Assembly (NCBI RefSeq): GCF_006345805.1 | Contig: NC_042998.1 | Span: 40,610,001 to 40,674,000, forward strand | Direction: 5' to 3' | Source: Octopus sinensis | Lineage: Eukaryota | DNA: 64,000 nt | Part shown: positions 39,244 to 51,543 of the stretch, piece by piece | Layout of the letters: every line of letters starts with the position of its first letter | Numbering within the stretch: the first letter of the stretch is position 1 | Program-made: the position numbers and the translations under genes | Notes under the pieces: generated by a model | The model's input: only the letters and a program-made list of their open reading frames with translations | The model's database searches: none | Told to the model about the DNA's origin: nothing

Positions 39244-39515
39244 TGTTGTGTCTGGGGAGAGTCATTTTCTTTTTGTGCCTTATTATGTAACACAATCACC
39301 TGTAAATTTCCATTTTTTTCTTAATTTTATTGTCCTAAAATTTTCGTAGCGTCTTGCAACCTTTTCAATAGTTTTGAGAGTCAAAACTATCGAAAAGGTT
39401 GCAAGATGCAATGAAAATTTTAGGACAATAAAAATAAGAAAAAAGTGGAAATTTTACAGGTGAGTGTGTTACATAATAAGGCACAAAAAGAAAATGACTC
39501 TACCCAGACACAACA
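39244..39515. repeat. 272-nt near-perfect palindrome (arms of ~134 bp, 3-nt loop), probably inverted Penelope pseudo-LTR
   Basis: Arms 39244-39377 and 39381-39515 differ at about 9 positions. It abuts the Penelope ORF remnant. Confidence 0.92.
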
Positions 39516-39734
39516 GTAAATATATTGCTTGTACGTTAATGTTGATTCTTTGTGTTGGTCAAATGTGGAATGTATGTTTTCTCATAAGTCTGCTTTGTCA
39601 CTGGTTTTCTTTCCTTACCATATCTTCTATGTGTACTTTAAACATTGAGAAGATATATGTAACTCATAGTATTTTTGGTTTTTGTGCATGCAGCATGTTC
39701 ATGCTGTTTAGTACAATTGTTAGTTGTAATTGAT

Positions 39735-39900
39735 TTTCCAGCTGTTCTTAGTCAGAAGGCAAATGGTGAATTTGATAGGTTCTGCTTTGAGTCTTTTGCT
39801 TTGGAGCCAAGTTTCTAGATGAATGCTGTTGTGGTGTGCAGCACTGTCTGTAAAATGTTGGGAAAATGTAACTGATGTCATCTGCAAATGTTAGTTTGTA
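39735..39900 (-). mobile_element. Old LINE RT fragment
   Basis: LTFADDISY motif followed by frameshifted WLQSKRLKAEP. Weak. Confidence 0.4.
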
Positions 39901-41474
39901 TATGTTTTGAGGTGGCATATATAAGTCATGTAGTCACAGGTTAAAAAAAAGGGTGATATGACAGATCTTTGTGATTCTCCATTCAAGAAATAGTATATTC
40001 TAGAAGTTTCATATTTGCATACTATACAGGTTTGGTGACCTCAAAGGATAGTTTGCAAGCCAGTGTTTTTTTATTGTTTCTTATAGAGTTGTGGAATATT
40101 TTTTGTGTAAGTAGAGAGCCAGTTGTTATAAATTTTATTTTAAACCAGGAAGGATTAAAAATCCAAGTGTAAATTCTCTCAGGAGTATTTACCATTCAAC
40201 ATTTTCTATTAACATCAAGACTGAATAATTTTGAAAATGTTCATTTTTATTTAATTAGTTGTTTGATTAAATATTGAATCATTTTGATTGTTTCTTGGCA
40301 ACCAGTATACATATTCTTATCTTGTTACAATCTAATAGGAGAAACAGGTTGTTGTTTAAACTATAAGGAATCCACAATTGGTTTCTTAGATATATTGAAA
40401 AATCCAGATCGAATGAAATCATGGATTCTATAAAAAATGTTGGCTTTTACTGAAACTTAAGCTGTTATTCATATTTTTATTTGTATGCCCTTAAGGATTT
40501 TATGTCCATTATACACCATTCATAATTTTCAAATGCAATATTGATTTTTTTTATTGCATTTGCACAAATTCAGCTTCTGTAGAGGAGGAGTAGTGTCAAA
40601 TAAATTGATTTTAATATATTTTGATACTTATTTTCTGAAACTAGAAGAGAAAGAAATCAAAGTAAATTTCATTGTGATTTGACCTTCAAAAGGAAGAAAG
40701 AAAATAAATACATTTTAGATAAAACTCTTCTAAATATATTTTAGATAAAAGCAAATCTCAGGGTTTTAATGTTGGTATATATCTCCTGGATTTAATTTTA
40801 ACTAAGAGATAAATCTCTCCTTGGCTAAGATGCCAGTCTATCAACTGATATTTTTTGAAAATCTGGTGTTTATTCTCTAGAGATATAGGAATGGAGTAAT
40901 ATAGGAGTTAAAACACATGAAATATCAGCAATGGATTTAAACTCAAGCCATATGAGCTGGAATGTTGTTTTGATGATTTCATTTCAGCAGAGTTAAACAC
41001 TATAACTTATTTAATCTAAAACTTATCTCAATCATTATATGAAATACTGATGTTAGCTTTGAGGCAAGTCAGTTTGGGAAGTTAATGTATTAAAAATCAT
41101 TTATTTATGCTATGACATTAGAAAAGAATTACCATAGAATCTCTCTTATACCCATCCACATACAATTATGAATACTTATGTATATAAATAACTGCAGAAC
41201 TGAAAGAAATCTATAAAAGAATTAGACATTTAGTTGACTTTAAATTCAATATTTAAATTGCCTACTATTTATCTTTCTCAATGGTTGCATAACTTTAAAA
41301 ACGAGATGGTACATTCATTTACGTTTAGTTAAAATAATGACTGTAAGAACTCTAACAAAGAAATTAAAAAGTGATCTGCAAATACTCATTAGGAGAAGAA
41401 TTTATCTGTTGTTTTGTTTAAGAAAAATATTGATGAAACCTGACCCACATTTGTGAGGAGAGAGTTAGAAATAC

Positions 41475-41527
41475 CTTCATTGATTCTAAATTAACTTTGC
41501 TCTCAGACAAAGCTATGGAAACCAATA
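41475..41527 (-). CDS. Candidate 53-nt host exon (unverified): xLVSIALSESKVNLESMK
   Basis: Strong pyrimidine acceptor atcatttcttttag and AAG|gtattt donor. Only one frame is open and it ends in phase 0. No homology recognised. Confidence 0.2.
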
Positions 41528-41680
41528 CTAAAAGAAATGATATATCTAGTTTAGGATGAATATTGCAATAAATGCCTAGCGGCAAATTGATTGATGAAAC
41601 TCTAAGTTAAATTATCGATATGCAGTTTTAAATATTGAATAATTTATAATATATTGTTGAAGAGAAAAATAATAACACTA

Positions 41681-41694
41681 TAACGATAATAATG

Positions 41695-41762
<68 letters not shown>

Positions 41763-41773
41763 GACGAGGATGG

Positions 41774-41822
<49 letters not shown>

Positions 41823-41835
41823 GGTGGTGGTGGCA
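41681..41835. repeat. (AAT)n(GAT)n(GGT)n microsatellite
   Basis: Directly visible. Confidence 0.95.
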
Positions 41836-41842
41836 GTAGTGG

Positions 41843-42050
41843 TTTAAAATTTTGGCACAAGGCCAGCAGTTTCAGCAATGGGGTTAAGTTGATTACATCA
41901 ACCCCAGTGCTCGAATGGTACTTATTCTATCAACACTGAAAGCATGAGAGGCAAAGTCATCTTGCAGAATTTGAACTCAGAGCATGAAGACGAATGAAAT
42001 GCTGCTAAACATTTTGTACAACGTGTTAATGATTCTGTTAGCTTGCCGCC
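41843..42050 (-). mobile_element. tRNA-derived SINE (family A variant)
   Basis: ttttggcacaaggccagc...ttgaactcag...gcttgccgcc. Confidence 0.75.
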
Positions 42051-42054
42051 TAAT

Positions 42055-42360
42055 ATAATAATATGAAGAAGCTTCCAAAATACAAAAATCTGGAAATAGA
42101 GATAACCTGAATGTGGAGCCTAAAAATAGGTGCATTAGGTATGATTAAAAAACATTCAGACAAATACATAATCAAAACACCAGGACTTATGAATATATAT
42201 AACATACAGAAAATAGCACTATTAGGCACCACACACATCCTGTGTAAAGTTTCAATACAGTGAAAATAACAGTACCAAAGCAAACCATAACACATACCCA
42301 AGGCCCACAGAGCTGCATTCAGTAGTGCAGTAAAAGCATGTGATAAAAATAAGACTACTG

Positions 42361-42365
<5 letters not shown>
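42055..42365 (+). mobile_element. 3' end of an R4/Dong-type retrotransposon (same family as 44196-47455)
   Basis: KYKNLEIEIT*MW...IGALGMIKKHSDKY..TPGL..IYNIQKIALLGT plus a 3' UTR ending ...aataagactactgaataat. Near-colinear with 47140-47460. Confidence 0.88.
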
Positions 42366-42413
<48 letters not shown>

Positions 42414-42415
42414 TA

Positions 42416-42450
<35 letters not shown>

Positions 42451-42462
42451 AATAATAATAAT
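42360..42462. repeat. (AAT/GAT)n microsatellite
   Basis: Directly visible. Confidence 0.95.
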
Positions 42463-42469
42463 ATGGTAG

Positions 42470-44010
42470 ACTAAGCAGTTCATCCCAACAAGGAAGCTGA
42501 AGAAAGAATCGTGAAGATATGCGGAATAAGAGGAGAAAGTAGACCTACCTCAAGAACACCAGAATAGGTATGACACAGAATTTGAGGTGAATAATGAAGA
42601 GAAGATCATAGAAGCAAAAGAAGATTTTATGAGAGAACTCAGTAAAACTGAATTTACTGACATGATCAATAGAGAACTTCTACCAAAGCCCTCAAACATC
42701 ATAAAACATAACAATATTATCATGATATATAATACTGCTCTTAGACAAATCTTAAGAAATAAAGGATATGACCAAACGACCTTAAATAATCTCATCTATT
42801 CCACTGCTAAAATTGTAACAGCTCAATTAGGTATCAGGACGACACATAAAAGGACCAACTATGTCAACAGATCTCCTAAGTGGAAAGTAGCAATACAAAA
42901 AGAGATTGAACTTTTGCAGGCAGATGAATCAGTTCTCGATGAACTTGCTGGAGGAGTAAATGTTAAGGCAAAACAAGCTAGAAAAATCAAGGAGAAATAT
43001 AAAATCAAAGAGTTTATAAACCTTCCTGCAATCAAGGAACTAGAGAAAGAACGAATAGAACTGAAAGCCCAATGGCTCAGAAGGTATGAATCAAATTCTA
43101 TTGGCAAAACAAGGTATTCAAGATGGATGCAAAACAAATTTTACAGGGAATTGGCAAAAACAAGATAGAAGTAAAGGAGCCACCACCTAAGACTGAGGAA
43201 ATGGAAGAGTTCTTGTAGAAGATATGGAACAACAAAAAAGAATATAATACTGAAGCTCACTGGATAGATCATGAGAAAGGAAGCTTGCAAATTCTAGGAA
43301 ACTTGGCATTAACCCTGAATTAGATGAAGAACCTGAAACCACTGCTACAAAAAAAGCAAAAGGGATCAAACAGACTGCAAAAAAGAATAGGCAGAATCAA
43401 ATTGAGGAGTGGTGGAGCCAGAAGCATGGACAGTATATACTTCGAAGCCGAAATGTTGATGTAGACTAAAGCAACAACCCATCAGTGGCTGAGAAGCTCA
43501 GGACTGAAAGCAGAGACTGAAGGTTTCATATTGGTGACACAAAATCAAAGCATGCTTACCAAAAATACCAGGCTAACGTTCTTCAAAATGGTTCTGACCC
43601 CAAATGCAGATTCTGCAATAAATTAGATGAAACAATAGACCATCTCACTTCAGGATGTTCTGTGCTGACACCAAATGAATACAAAAATCACCATGATAGG
43701 GTAGGACAGTATTTACATTGGAAAATATGTAAACACTATAAAATCAGCACTCCTGCTTACTGGTATGAACATCATCCCAAGCCAGTCATTGAAGGTAAAA
43801 ATGTCACTATCCTCTGGGATTTTCCTGTCAACACTGACAGAATGATCCAGACTAATTGACCAGACATACTTATTAAAGTCAGAGAAGAAAATACTTGTAG
43901 ACTAATAGATGTAAGTGTTCCCACTGATGAAAATATATCTGTAAAGGAATTTGATAAATTAAGTAAATAAAAGTACCTAGAAATAGAAATACAAAAGATA
44001 TGGCATCTTT
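42470..44010 (+). mobile_element. Degenerate R4/Dong-type element lacking the whole RT domain
   Basis: The N-terminal ORF 42587..43168 (LNNLIYSTAKIV...PKWK..IQKEIE...KFYREL) joins directly to the post-RT region, then WLRSSGLKAETEG-like, C.FC...ETIDHL.SGC, HHDRVG, LWDFPV.TDR...N*PDI and IDVSVP.DENI (CCHC plus REL). Confidence 0.8.
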
Positions 44011-44157
44011 CACTACTGCCCCTGTCACTTGCCCTCCCCAAGCTTTCAGTCATACTGTAACATCTTTAACATCTCTTATCCTTCACCCAAGCTAGGATGC
44101 TGGGTGTGGTGCAGTAAGTGATTGTAACAAACATGCAGATTAAAAGTAAATAATAAT

Positions 44158-44159
44158 GC

Positions 44160-44195
<36 letters not shown>
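44158..44195. repeat. (AAT)n at the 5' junction of the Dong-type element
   Basis: Directly visible. Confidence 0.95.
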
Positions 44196-44197
<2 letters not shown>

Positions 44198-47100
44198 TAA
44201 AACACGAAGACAAATGTAACATTCCCAACAAACGCGATGTAAACAAAAAACAACAAACCCAGACCGTAAGGATGCATAATAATACACGACAAACAGCAAG
44301 CCAAAACACGACAAACAAACATACAAATAAGAAAGAAAGTGCCACAAATCTAAAACCTGGAAACAACGAAGGGGAGCCTAATGATTATGATAATATAAAA
44401 AGTAGAATAATCAAAGAACTGAAAACCACAGAGCTCAAAATGGACCACCGACCATACCTCCCAAAAATCAAAATAGACGAAACAACAACACCAATTATAA
44501 ACAGCATAAACCTAGACGCCACTGAAATAAAAAGCGATATCACTGAGCTAAATGACTTAGTATACGCAGCAGCCACTGTAGCCACAAAAGAAGCTGGATA
44601 CTCACTCAAACCCGTCCAAACAGGAGTACCACCACCCAAACAAACCCTGTGGATAAATAACATCCAAAACAAAATACAAAAAATGAGAAAAGATCTGTCG
44701 ATTCTTAATGAAATCAGTAGACAATCAACACTACTGAGCAACAAAAAGAAATCAAAAATACTTCGCAAATACATCACAGAAAAAGATTTACCCGAGATAA
44801 AAGAAAAGCTAAAGCAAGATATCCTTGCCAAAGCACAAAGGATCCGCCGGTACGAGAAACACCAGCGCTTCTTTGAACAAAACAAAAAGTTCTACCAAGA
44901 ACTTGGCAAAAATAAAATAGAAATCACTGCAGCACCAACGGCAGAAGAAGTGGAAGAATTCTGGAGAGAAATATGGTCGGCGAATGAACAACAAAAAAAA
45001 AGGAGTATTAAAACAACAAACTCAGCATCTGAGCAACTTTGGACCCCCATAACAACTGAAGAGGTCACCCAGGCACTGCAAAGACTAAGCAACTGGAAGG
45101 CACCTGGGCATGCCAAGATCCCCAACTTCTGGTTGAAATATCTAACAGGAATGCACAAAAAGCTGGCTGAAAATTTTAACAACATACTGGCGGAGCCAAA
45201 GACAATGCCTGAATGGCTCACGAAGGGGAAAACCATCTTAATTCCCAAATCAAATGAGACAGCAAAACCAGAAAACTACAGACCAATAACCTGTCTCCCA
45301 ACAATGTACAAGGCATTTACTGCAGTGATATCGCAAAGGTTGAACAAGCACCTGGACGAAAACAACCTGTTTCCAGAAGAGCAGAAAGGATGCTGCAAAG
45401 GCTAATATGGCTGTAAAGATCAACTAATGATTAATAAAGCCATAACTGAAGACAGCCACAGAAAGAAAAAAGGCCTCAGTATGGCCTGGATAAACTACAA
45501 AAAGGCGTTTGATAGCATCCCCCACACATGGATCCTCGAAACACTAGCCATTAACAAAGTAGCACCAACAATTATAAAATTCATAGGACTCTCTATGAAT
45601 AAATGGCAAACAGTGCTACAGCTCCAAACAAAAGAGGGACTCATAAAAACCAAAGCCATCCCCATTAGAAGAGGAATATTCCAGGGAGACACGCTCTCTC
45701 CACTCCTTTTCTGCTTGCCACTGTCACCTCTATCTGATATGCTAAATAGTACTGGATGCGGATATAAATGTTACTGCAAAACGATCAACCACCTTTTATA
45801 TATGGATGACCTAAAACTATATGCTGCAAATGACAAACAGCAGGAAACACTATTAAAGACAGTTCATGGATTTACCAAAGAAATAGGTATGAAATTTGGA
45901 TTAGAAAAATGCGCCAAAGTAACCATGAAAAGAGGAAAACTAGTTAAGAGTAGCAACATCACACTAGATAAAACCTATGAAATAAAAGAATTAGACCAAA
46001 GCCAAACTTACAAATACTTAGGAATCCATGAACTAGATAAGACACAACACACACAAATGAAAGAGAAAATAAAAAAAGAATATTATAGATGAGTTAGATC
46101 AATACTAAAAACAGAGCTCAATGCTAAAAACAAGATAATAGGTATTAACACTTTAGCTATTCCCAGTTATAAGTTACAGCTACAATATCCTTAACTGGAC
46201 ACTAAATGAACTGACCAAAATAGATAGGAAAACAAGAAAAATAATGACAGGATCTAGGATGCATCACCCAAAATCTGACATAGAAAGATTATATATACAA
46301 CGTATAGAAGGTGGTAGAGGCCTTATACAGCTGGAAAACTACTATAAAATAACCACCATAGGACTGCAAAAATATCTACTTCAGAAGGAAGGAAAACTGA
46401 TACAAATAGCGGCAAAACACGAGCAAAACAAAAAAAACTGTTCTCAGTATTTAGGGAAGCTGACAAATACAAACAAGAAATCATACCACCTAACAAATAT
46501 GAAGAAGAAGAAGATGAAGAAACAACAAAAGCTATAAAACAAATGAAATCCAAACTAAAACTAGAACAGCAAAGAACCATGATCAAACGATGGCAAGAAA
46601 AGCCCCTTCATGGTAATTACTGGACTAAACTAAATGCAAAAGAAATAGACAAAGAAAAATCCCAGCAATGGTTGAGAAGCTCAGGACTCAAAGCAGAGAC
46701 AGAGGGATTTTTAATTGCAGCACAAGACCAAAGCCTCCCACCAGAAATTACCAAAAACATGTAATGAAAAGAAATATAACAAGTAACTGCAGAATATGTG
46801 GAGATGGACAAGAAACAATAAATCATATTATCTCTGGTTGCCCAGTCCTGGCTAAGAAGGAATATATTCACAGACATGACAGAGTTGGAACCTACATACA
46901 CTGGAAACTATGCCAACATCATGGAATAACAACAGAAAAAAGATGGTATAGGCACACACCAGAAAAGGTCACAGAAAACGAGAAAGCAACCATACTCTGG
47001 GATATGCCGATACACACAGATAGAGAAATTAAGGCCAACAGACCAGATATAGTTGTCAGAGATCAAGAAGAAAAAAATGCTTTCTAATTGATGTATCAAT

Positions 47101-47455
47101 ACCGGCAGATGACAACGTGCCTCTAAAAGAAATGGAGAAACTTTCAAAATACAAAGACCTGGAAATAGAGGTAACCAGAATGTGGAATCAAAAAACAGAA
47201 ACAATTCCTATCATAGTAGGTGCATTAGGCAGGATAAAAAAATATTCAGACAAATACATAACAAAAACACCAGGACTTACAAACACATATAACATACAGA
47301 AAATTGCACTATTAGGCACTGCACACATCCTACGCAGAACACTTTCCATGCAATAACCATCAGAGCATCACAACAAATCACAGCACATACCCAAGGCACA
47401 CAGAGCTGCGCTCGGTAGTGAAGTGAAAGCACACTATTAAAATAAAACTACTGAA
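44196..47455 (+). mobile_element. R4/Dong-clade non-LTR retrotransposon (RT plus restriction-like endonuclease), 5'-truncated, pseudogenised
   Basis: Single-ORF architecture: NWKAPG, ENYRPITCLPT, EQKGC, WINYKKAFDSIPH, GIFQGDTLSPLLF, HLLYMDDLKLY, YKYLG, C.IC...ETINHIISGC, RHDRV, RPDIVV and IDVSIP...KEMEKLSKYKDL. Two in-frame stops (45403, 46090) and about four frameshifts. (AAT)n at both ends. Confidence 0.93.
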
Positions 47456-47525
47456 TAATAATAATAATAATAATAATAATGATGATGATGATAATGATGA
47501 CGATGACGATAATGATGATGATAAT
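47455..47525. repeat. (AAT/GAT)n microsatellite
   Basis: Directly visible. Confidence 0.95.
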
Positions 47526-47529
47526 GCAA

Positions 47530-48690
47530 AAGAAAGAAATGAAGAAAATGGATACCAAGACCAGAAAAATGTTGACAGTACACAGATCCCTCCACTCTAA
47601 TAGTGACACTGATAGGTTGTACTTGTCTAGAAGAAAGGGTAGAGGGTAGGAGAGGCTTGATCAGTTGCCAGGACTGTATCAAAGCAGAGGAAAACAGCCT
47701 AGGGTGGTATATAAAAAATACCGTGGATCCACTGTTGAAACACATGTAAAAGGCTAACATCATCAAAACTGAAAATTGTGGAACTAAAGAAAAATTTAAA
47801 CAAGAAATGAACATAAAAAGAAGAAAATGCATGGAAGGAAAAGAATGCACGATCAGTTTGCAAGAAATGTGAATGCCAAGACAGATATAGAGAACCAGTG
47901 GCTATGGATGAGGAGGAGTGACCTGAAGATAGAGAAGAAGCACTCATATGTGCAGCTCAGGAACAAGCATTAAGGACCAGCTGTATGAAGTGCAGAATTG
48001 ACAACACTACTAATAGTAACAAATGTAAAATGTGCAGTGAGAGGAGTGAAACGGTATGGCACATCATTAGCAAATGCCCAAAATTGGCACAATGCAAATA
48101 CAAACGATGTTATAGCTATGTGGCAAGTATGATCCATTGAGAGTTCCGTGGAAATCACAGCCTACAGAGAGTAAAGACATATTATGCACAAACCCCAGGA
48201 GTCACCGAAAATGGGAACTACAAAATCCTGTGAAATGTAATGAAATGTAATGATCCAATGCAATCACCTGAGCAGACATAGGAAACTGGACATTGTTGTG
48301 GTGAATAAAAAAAAAAGAACATGTATGATTATTGGCATAGCATGCCCCGGTGACAACAGGATCAATGTGAAAGAAAAAGGCAAAAATAAACAACTACAAC
48401 GATTTAAAGCGGGTAATACGAAGGTTGTGGTCAATAGAGTAGATGTGATACCAGTAGTAATTAATACACTTGGAAGTATCAGCACTCAACTACCAACATG
48501 GCTGAAAAAGATCAGTGCAAGTGTGAAGGTAGAACACCTACAAAAATCAGCATTGCTTGGAACTGCAAGAATTCTTTGCAGGGTTCTTGAAACATGACCA
48601 GTAAACACGTGTTACCTTAGTCTGCTGGCTGTGGACAGCTGAAACTTACTCTCATACCCAACAAAATAAGCTGTGAGTTTTCATATAATA
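47530..48690 (+). mobile_element. 3' portion of a second, more diverged R4/Dong-type family
   Basis: RGRRGLI, WLWM..SDLK.E-like, AAQEQAL, CKMC.E..ETVWHI.S.CP.LA, RKLDIVVVNKKK..CMIIGIACPGD and LQKSALLGTARIL..VLET*, followed by (AAT)n at ~48689. Confidence 0.8.
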
Positions 48691-48705
48691 ATAATAATAA
48701 TAATA

Positions 48706-48912
48706 ATTTCTACTACAGGAACAAGGCCTGAAATTTTAGGGGAGTGAGATTGTTGGTTACATCGACCCCAGTGTTTTACTGGTACTTAATTCATCAACTC
48801 TGAAAGGATGAAAGGCAAATTTGACCTCAGTGGAATTTGAACTCAGAACATAAGGATGGACAAAATGCTGCTAAGCATTTTGCCCGATGTGCTAATGAGT
48901 CTACCAGCTTGC
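48706..48912 (-). mobile_element. tRNA-derived SINE (family A variant)
   Basis: aggaacaaggcctgaaatttt...ggatgaaaggcaaa...ttgaactcagaac...gctaagcattttgccc. Confidence 0.8.
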
Positions 48913-48914
48913 TG

Positions 48915-48917
48915 TCT

Positions 48918-48964
<47 letters not shown>

Positions 48965-48988
48965 ATAATAATAATAATAATAATAATA

Positions 48989-49041
<53 letters not shown>

Positions 49042-49057
49042 AATGATGATGATGATG

Positions 49058-49100
<43 letters not shown>
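48915..49100. repeat. (ACT)n(AAT)n(GAT)n(AAT)n microsatellite
   Basis: Directly visible. Explains the polyT/N/D ORF. Confidence 0.97.
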
Positions 49101-49714
49101 TAGTCTTTTTTTATTAGCTACAGGGGGTTGAAGAAATATATGAAAAATATGAAGAGATGTTAACCAAGGGAGTGGGGATAAATAAGTTGTACAAAGACAA
49201 GGATGCAGGTGAAAAATGTAATAAAGTGATAAATTAAAGCACATATACTTATGTTTAGGTAAATAAGAAGTACAATAAAATAACACAATGATTAAAACAA
49301 AGAAATATTTGAAGGAAATAAGTATGAATAATTCCTGATTAGATAGAAATAGGGGACCTCATGCCTCTGCATATCTATCGTTGTTCATACTTTTGCTTTC
49401 TACACCCAAAAGCAACAGAGATGCCTGAGGGTGTATCTTCAGAATAAGATTGTCTTAGATCGTTATAGAGTCTTAATTTGGTTTTCACTAGCAATCTATC
49501 TTTTGCAATTTGGTTGTATTCCAAACGAAAATTATGCTTGTTTTATATTTTATTACTTTGGAATATCCATAGCATCATAGATGTGTGATTTTTATCTATA
49601 AGTCAGTTTGAATTTCATCTTCCTCATCATCTTCATGTTTTTTTGTTTTGTTTGGTGGAACTTCATTATTGTTTTATGGAAATTGTAGTACCTCCTCACC
49701 TGTATTGTTTTATT

Positions 49715-50190
49715 TCATACTTTTTCAGTCATTGGATTGTGGCCATGCTGGGGCATTGCCTTGAAGGGATTTAGTTGAACAAATCAACCCCAGTACTTAT
49801 TTTTTAAAGTTTGGTGCATATTCTGTTGGTTTCTTTTACTAAACGTCTGAGTTAAGAGGAAATAAACAAACCATCACAAGTTGTCAAGTGGATGGTGGGG
49901 ACTAACACAAATACAAAAACAAACACACACATATACCAAACTCACCCACAAGTCACCTTCTCGAGTCACACTGACTCATAAGGGCTGGTTTCCCAATTCC
50001 ATGGCAAATAAATTCCTCACCTGGTTGGGGTGCTGGTGTGTAGCAGGATCATTTAGTTTTGCCAACTGAGTGGACTGGAACAATGTGAAATGAAGTATTT
50101 TGCTCAAGAACACAACATGTCACCTGGTCCAGGAATCGAAACCACAATCTTATGATCATGAGTCCAACATCCAAACCACTAAGCCACCCG
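49715..50190 (-). mobile_element. Adjacent family B 3' segment and family C SINE
   Basis: ttttcagtcattggattgtggccatgctgggg...aaaccatcacaagttgtcaag (family B). gccaactgagtggactggaac...ttgctcaagaacacaac...gaatcgaaacc...ctaagccac (family C). Confidence 0.7.
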
Positions 50191-51316
50191 CTTCCATATG
50201 ATGTTGGTTTGCCTGGGATTATAACAGAAGATTCTTGTCCAAAGTGCTGTGCAATAGGACTGAACCTGAAACTATATGGTTGCAAAACAAGCTTTTTAAT
50301 CACAGAGCTGTTGACTTTCCTTTTTTTAGAGATTTTTCATTGTTTCTTTTTGTGTCTCATTTGACTATTTGTATACTTTCCTCAGTAACTATTATTTTGT
50401 TCTTATCACATCATGACAGTGAGATGATGGAGTAATGCTACTGTGAAGGGATAAGATGTTTGCTTGCTTGTTTTCAGGGCTGGGCATAAAGTAACTTTTT
50501 CCAGTGATTCCTGGAGTTTTGGCTGATGCTGCTCAGGAAACTGAGACTCCTTTTTCAGATGGTTTTTGCCTTCACTTTCATTTCTGGTTTCCTTGCCTAA
50601 TCTTTCTACTTCTTCAGGGCTAATTATTATAATAAGTTATTTATTATAATGAAACCATTAGAGCATTGGATAAATGCTTTGCAGTATTTGTTCTGACTTT
50701 TCTGAGATCAAATCCTGTCAACTTTGCCTTTCATTTCTCTGGGGTCAATAAAATAAAGTACTTGTCTAGTACTGCAGCTGATGTAATCAACTAACCTTTT
50801 AAAATTGCTGAACTTGTACCTAAATTAGAAATTATATAAGCTGTAAAGTGAATTAATTTTATATGTAAAATTGAGTGAACGAGTGAATAAAATATTGCAA
50901 TTAAGTAGACCATACCCCAGACCTCTGTCTTCATATTTCTACTATCCTTGAGACAATATCACAAGAATCTAGGATCAGATGCCCTCAAAAACAATTGTGC
51001 ACTGATGAGTATGATGACCAGATTCCTGTTGCTGAATCAGCTGGAGAACTACTGAAAAATGTTCTGAACTTGGAAGAAGAGTGATACCAAAAAACCTAAA
51101 AGTCCTGATAGCAAAAAAAAAAAAAAAAAATTTAAAAGCTCAAAGTATTAATTAATGGCAGAGATTAGAAAATCCCAGTGTCACAATGAAAGAACTGACC
51201 TTGCTTGTTATGTCGAAAAAACATAGTTAAGAACTTAATACTGGTTCTCAGCAAGCAATGAATACACAAAATATACAGTAAGATCAATAAAAACAACTGG
51301 GAGCCAGAACATTTTC

Positions 51317-51543
51317 TTATTTCTTTATTGCCCACAAGGGGCTAAACATAGAGGGGACAAACAAGGACAGACAAAGGGATTAAGTCGATTACATCGACCC
51401 CAGTGCGTAACTGGTACTTAATTTATCGACCCCGAAAGAATGAAAGTCAAAGTCGGCCTTGGCGGAATTTGAACTCAGAATGTAATGGCAGACGAAATAC
51501 TGCTAAGCATTTCGCCCGGCGTGCTAATGTTTCTGCCAGCTCA
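51317..51543 (-). mobile_element. Young tRNA-derived SINE (family A) with perfect 13-bp TSD
   Basis: CCAGAACATTTTC at 51304-51316 and 51544-51556 flanks a complete copy. Confidence 0.93.
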
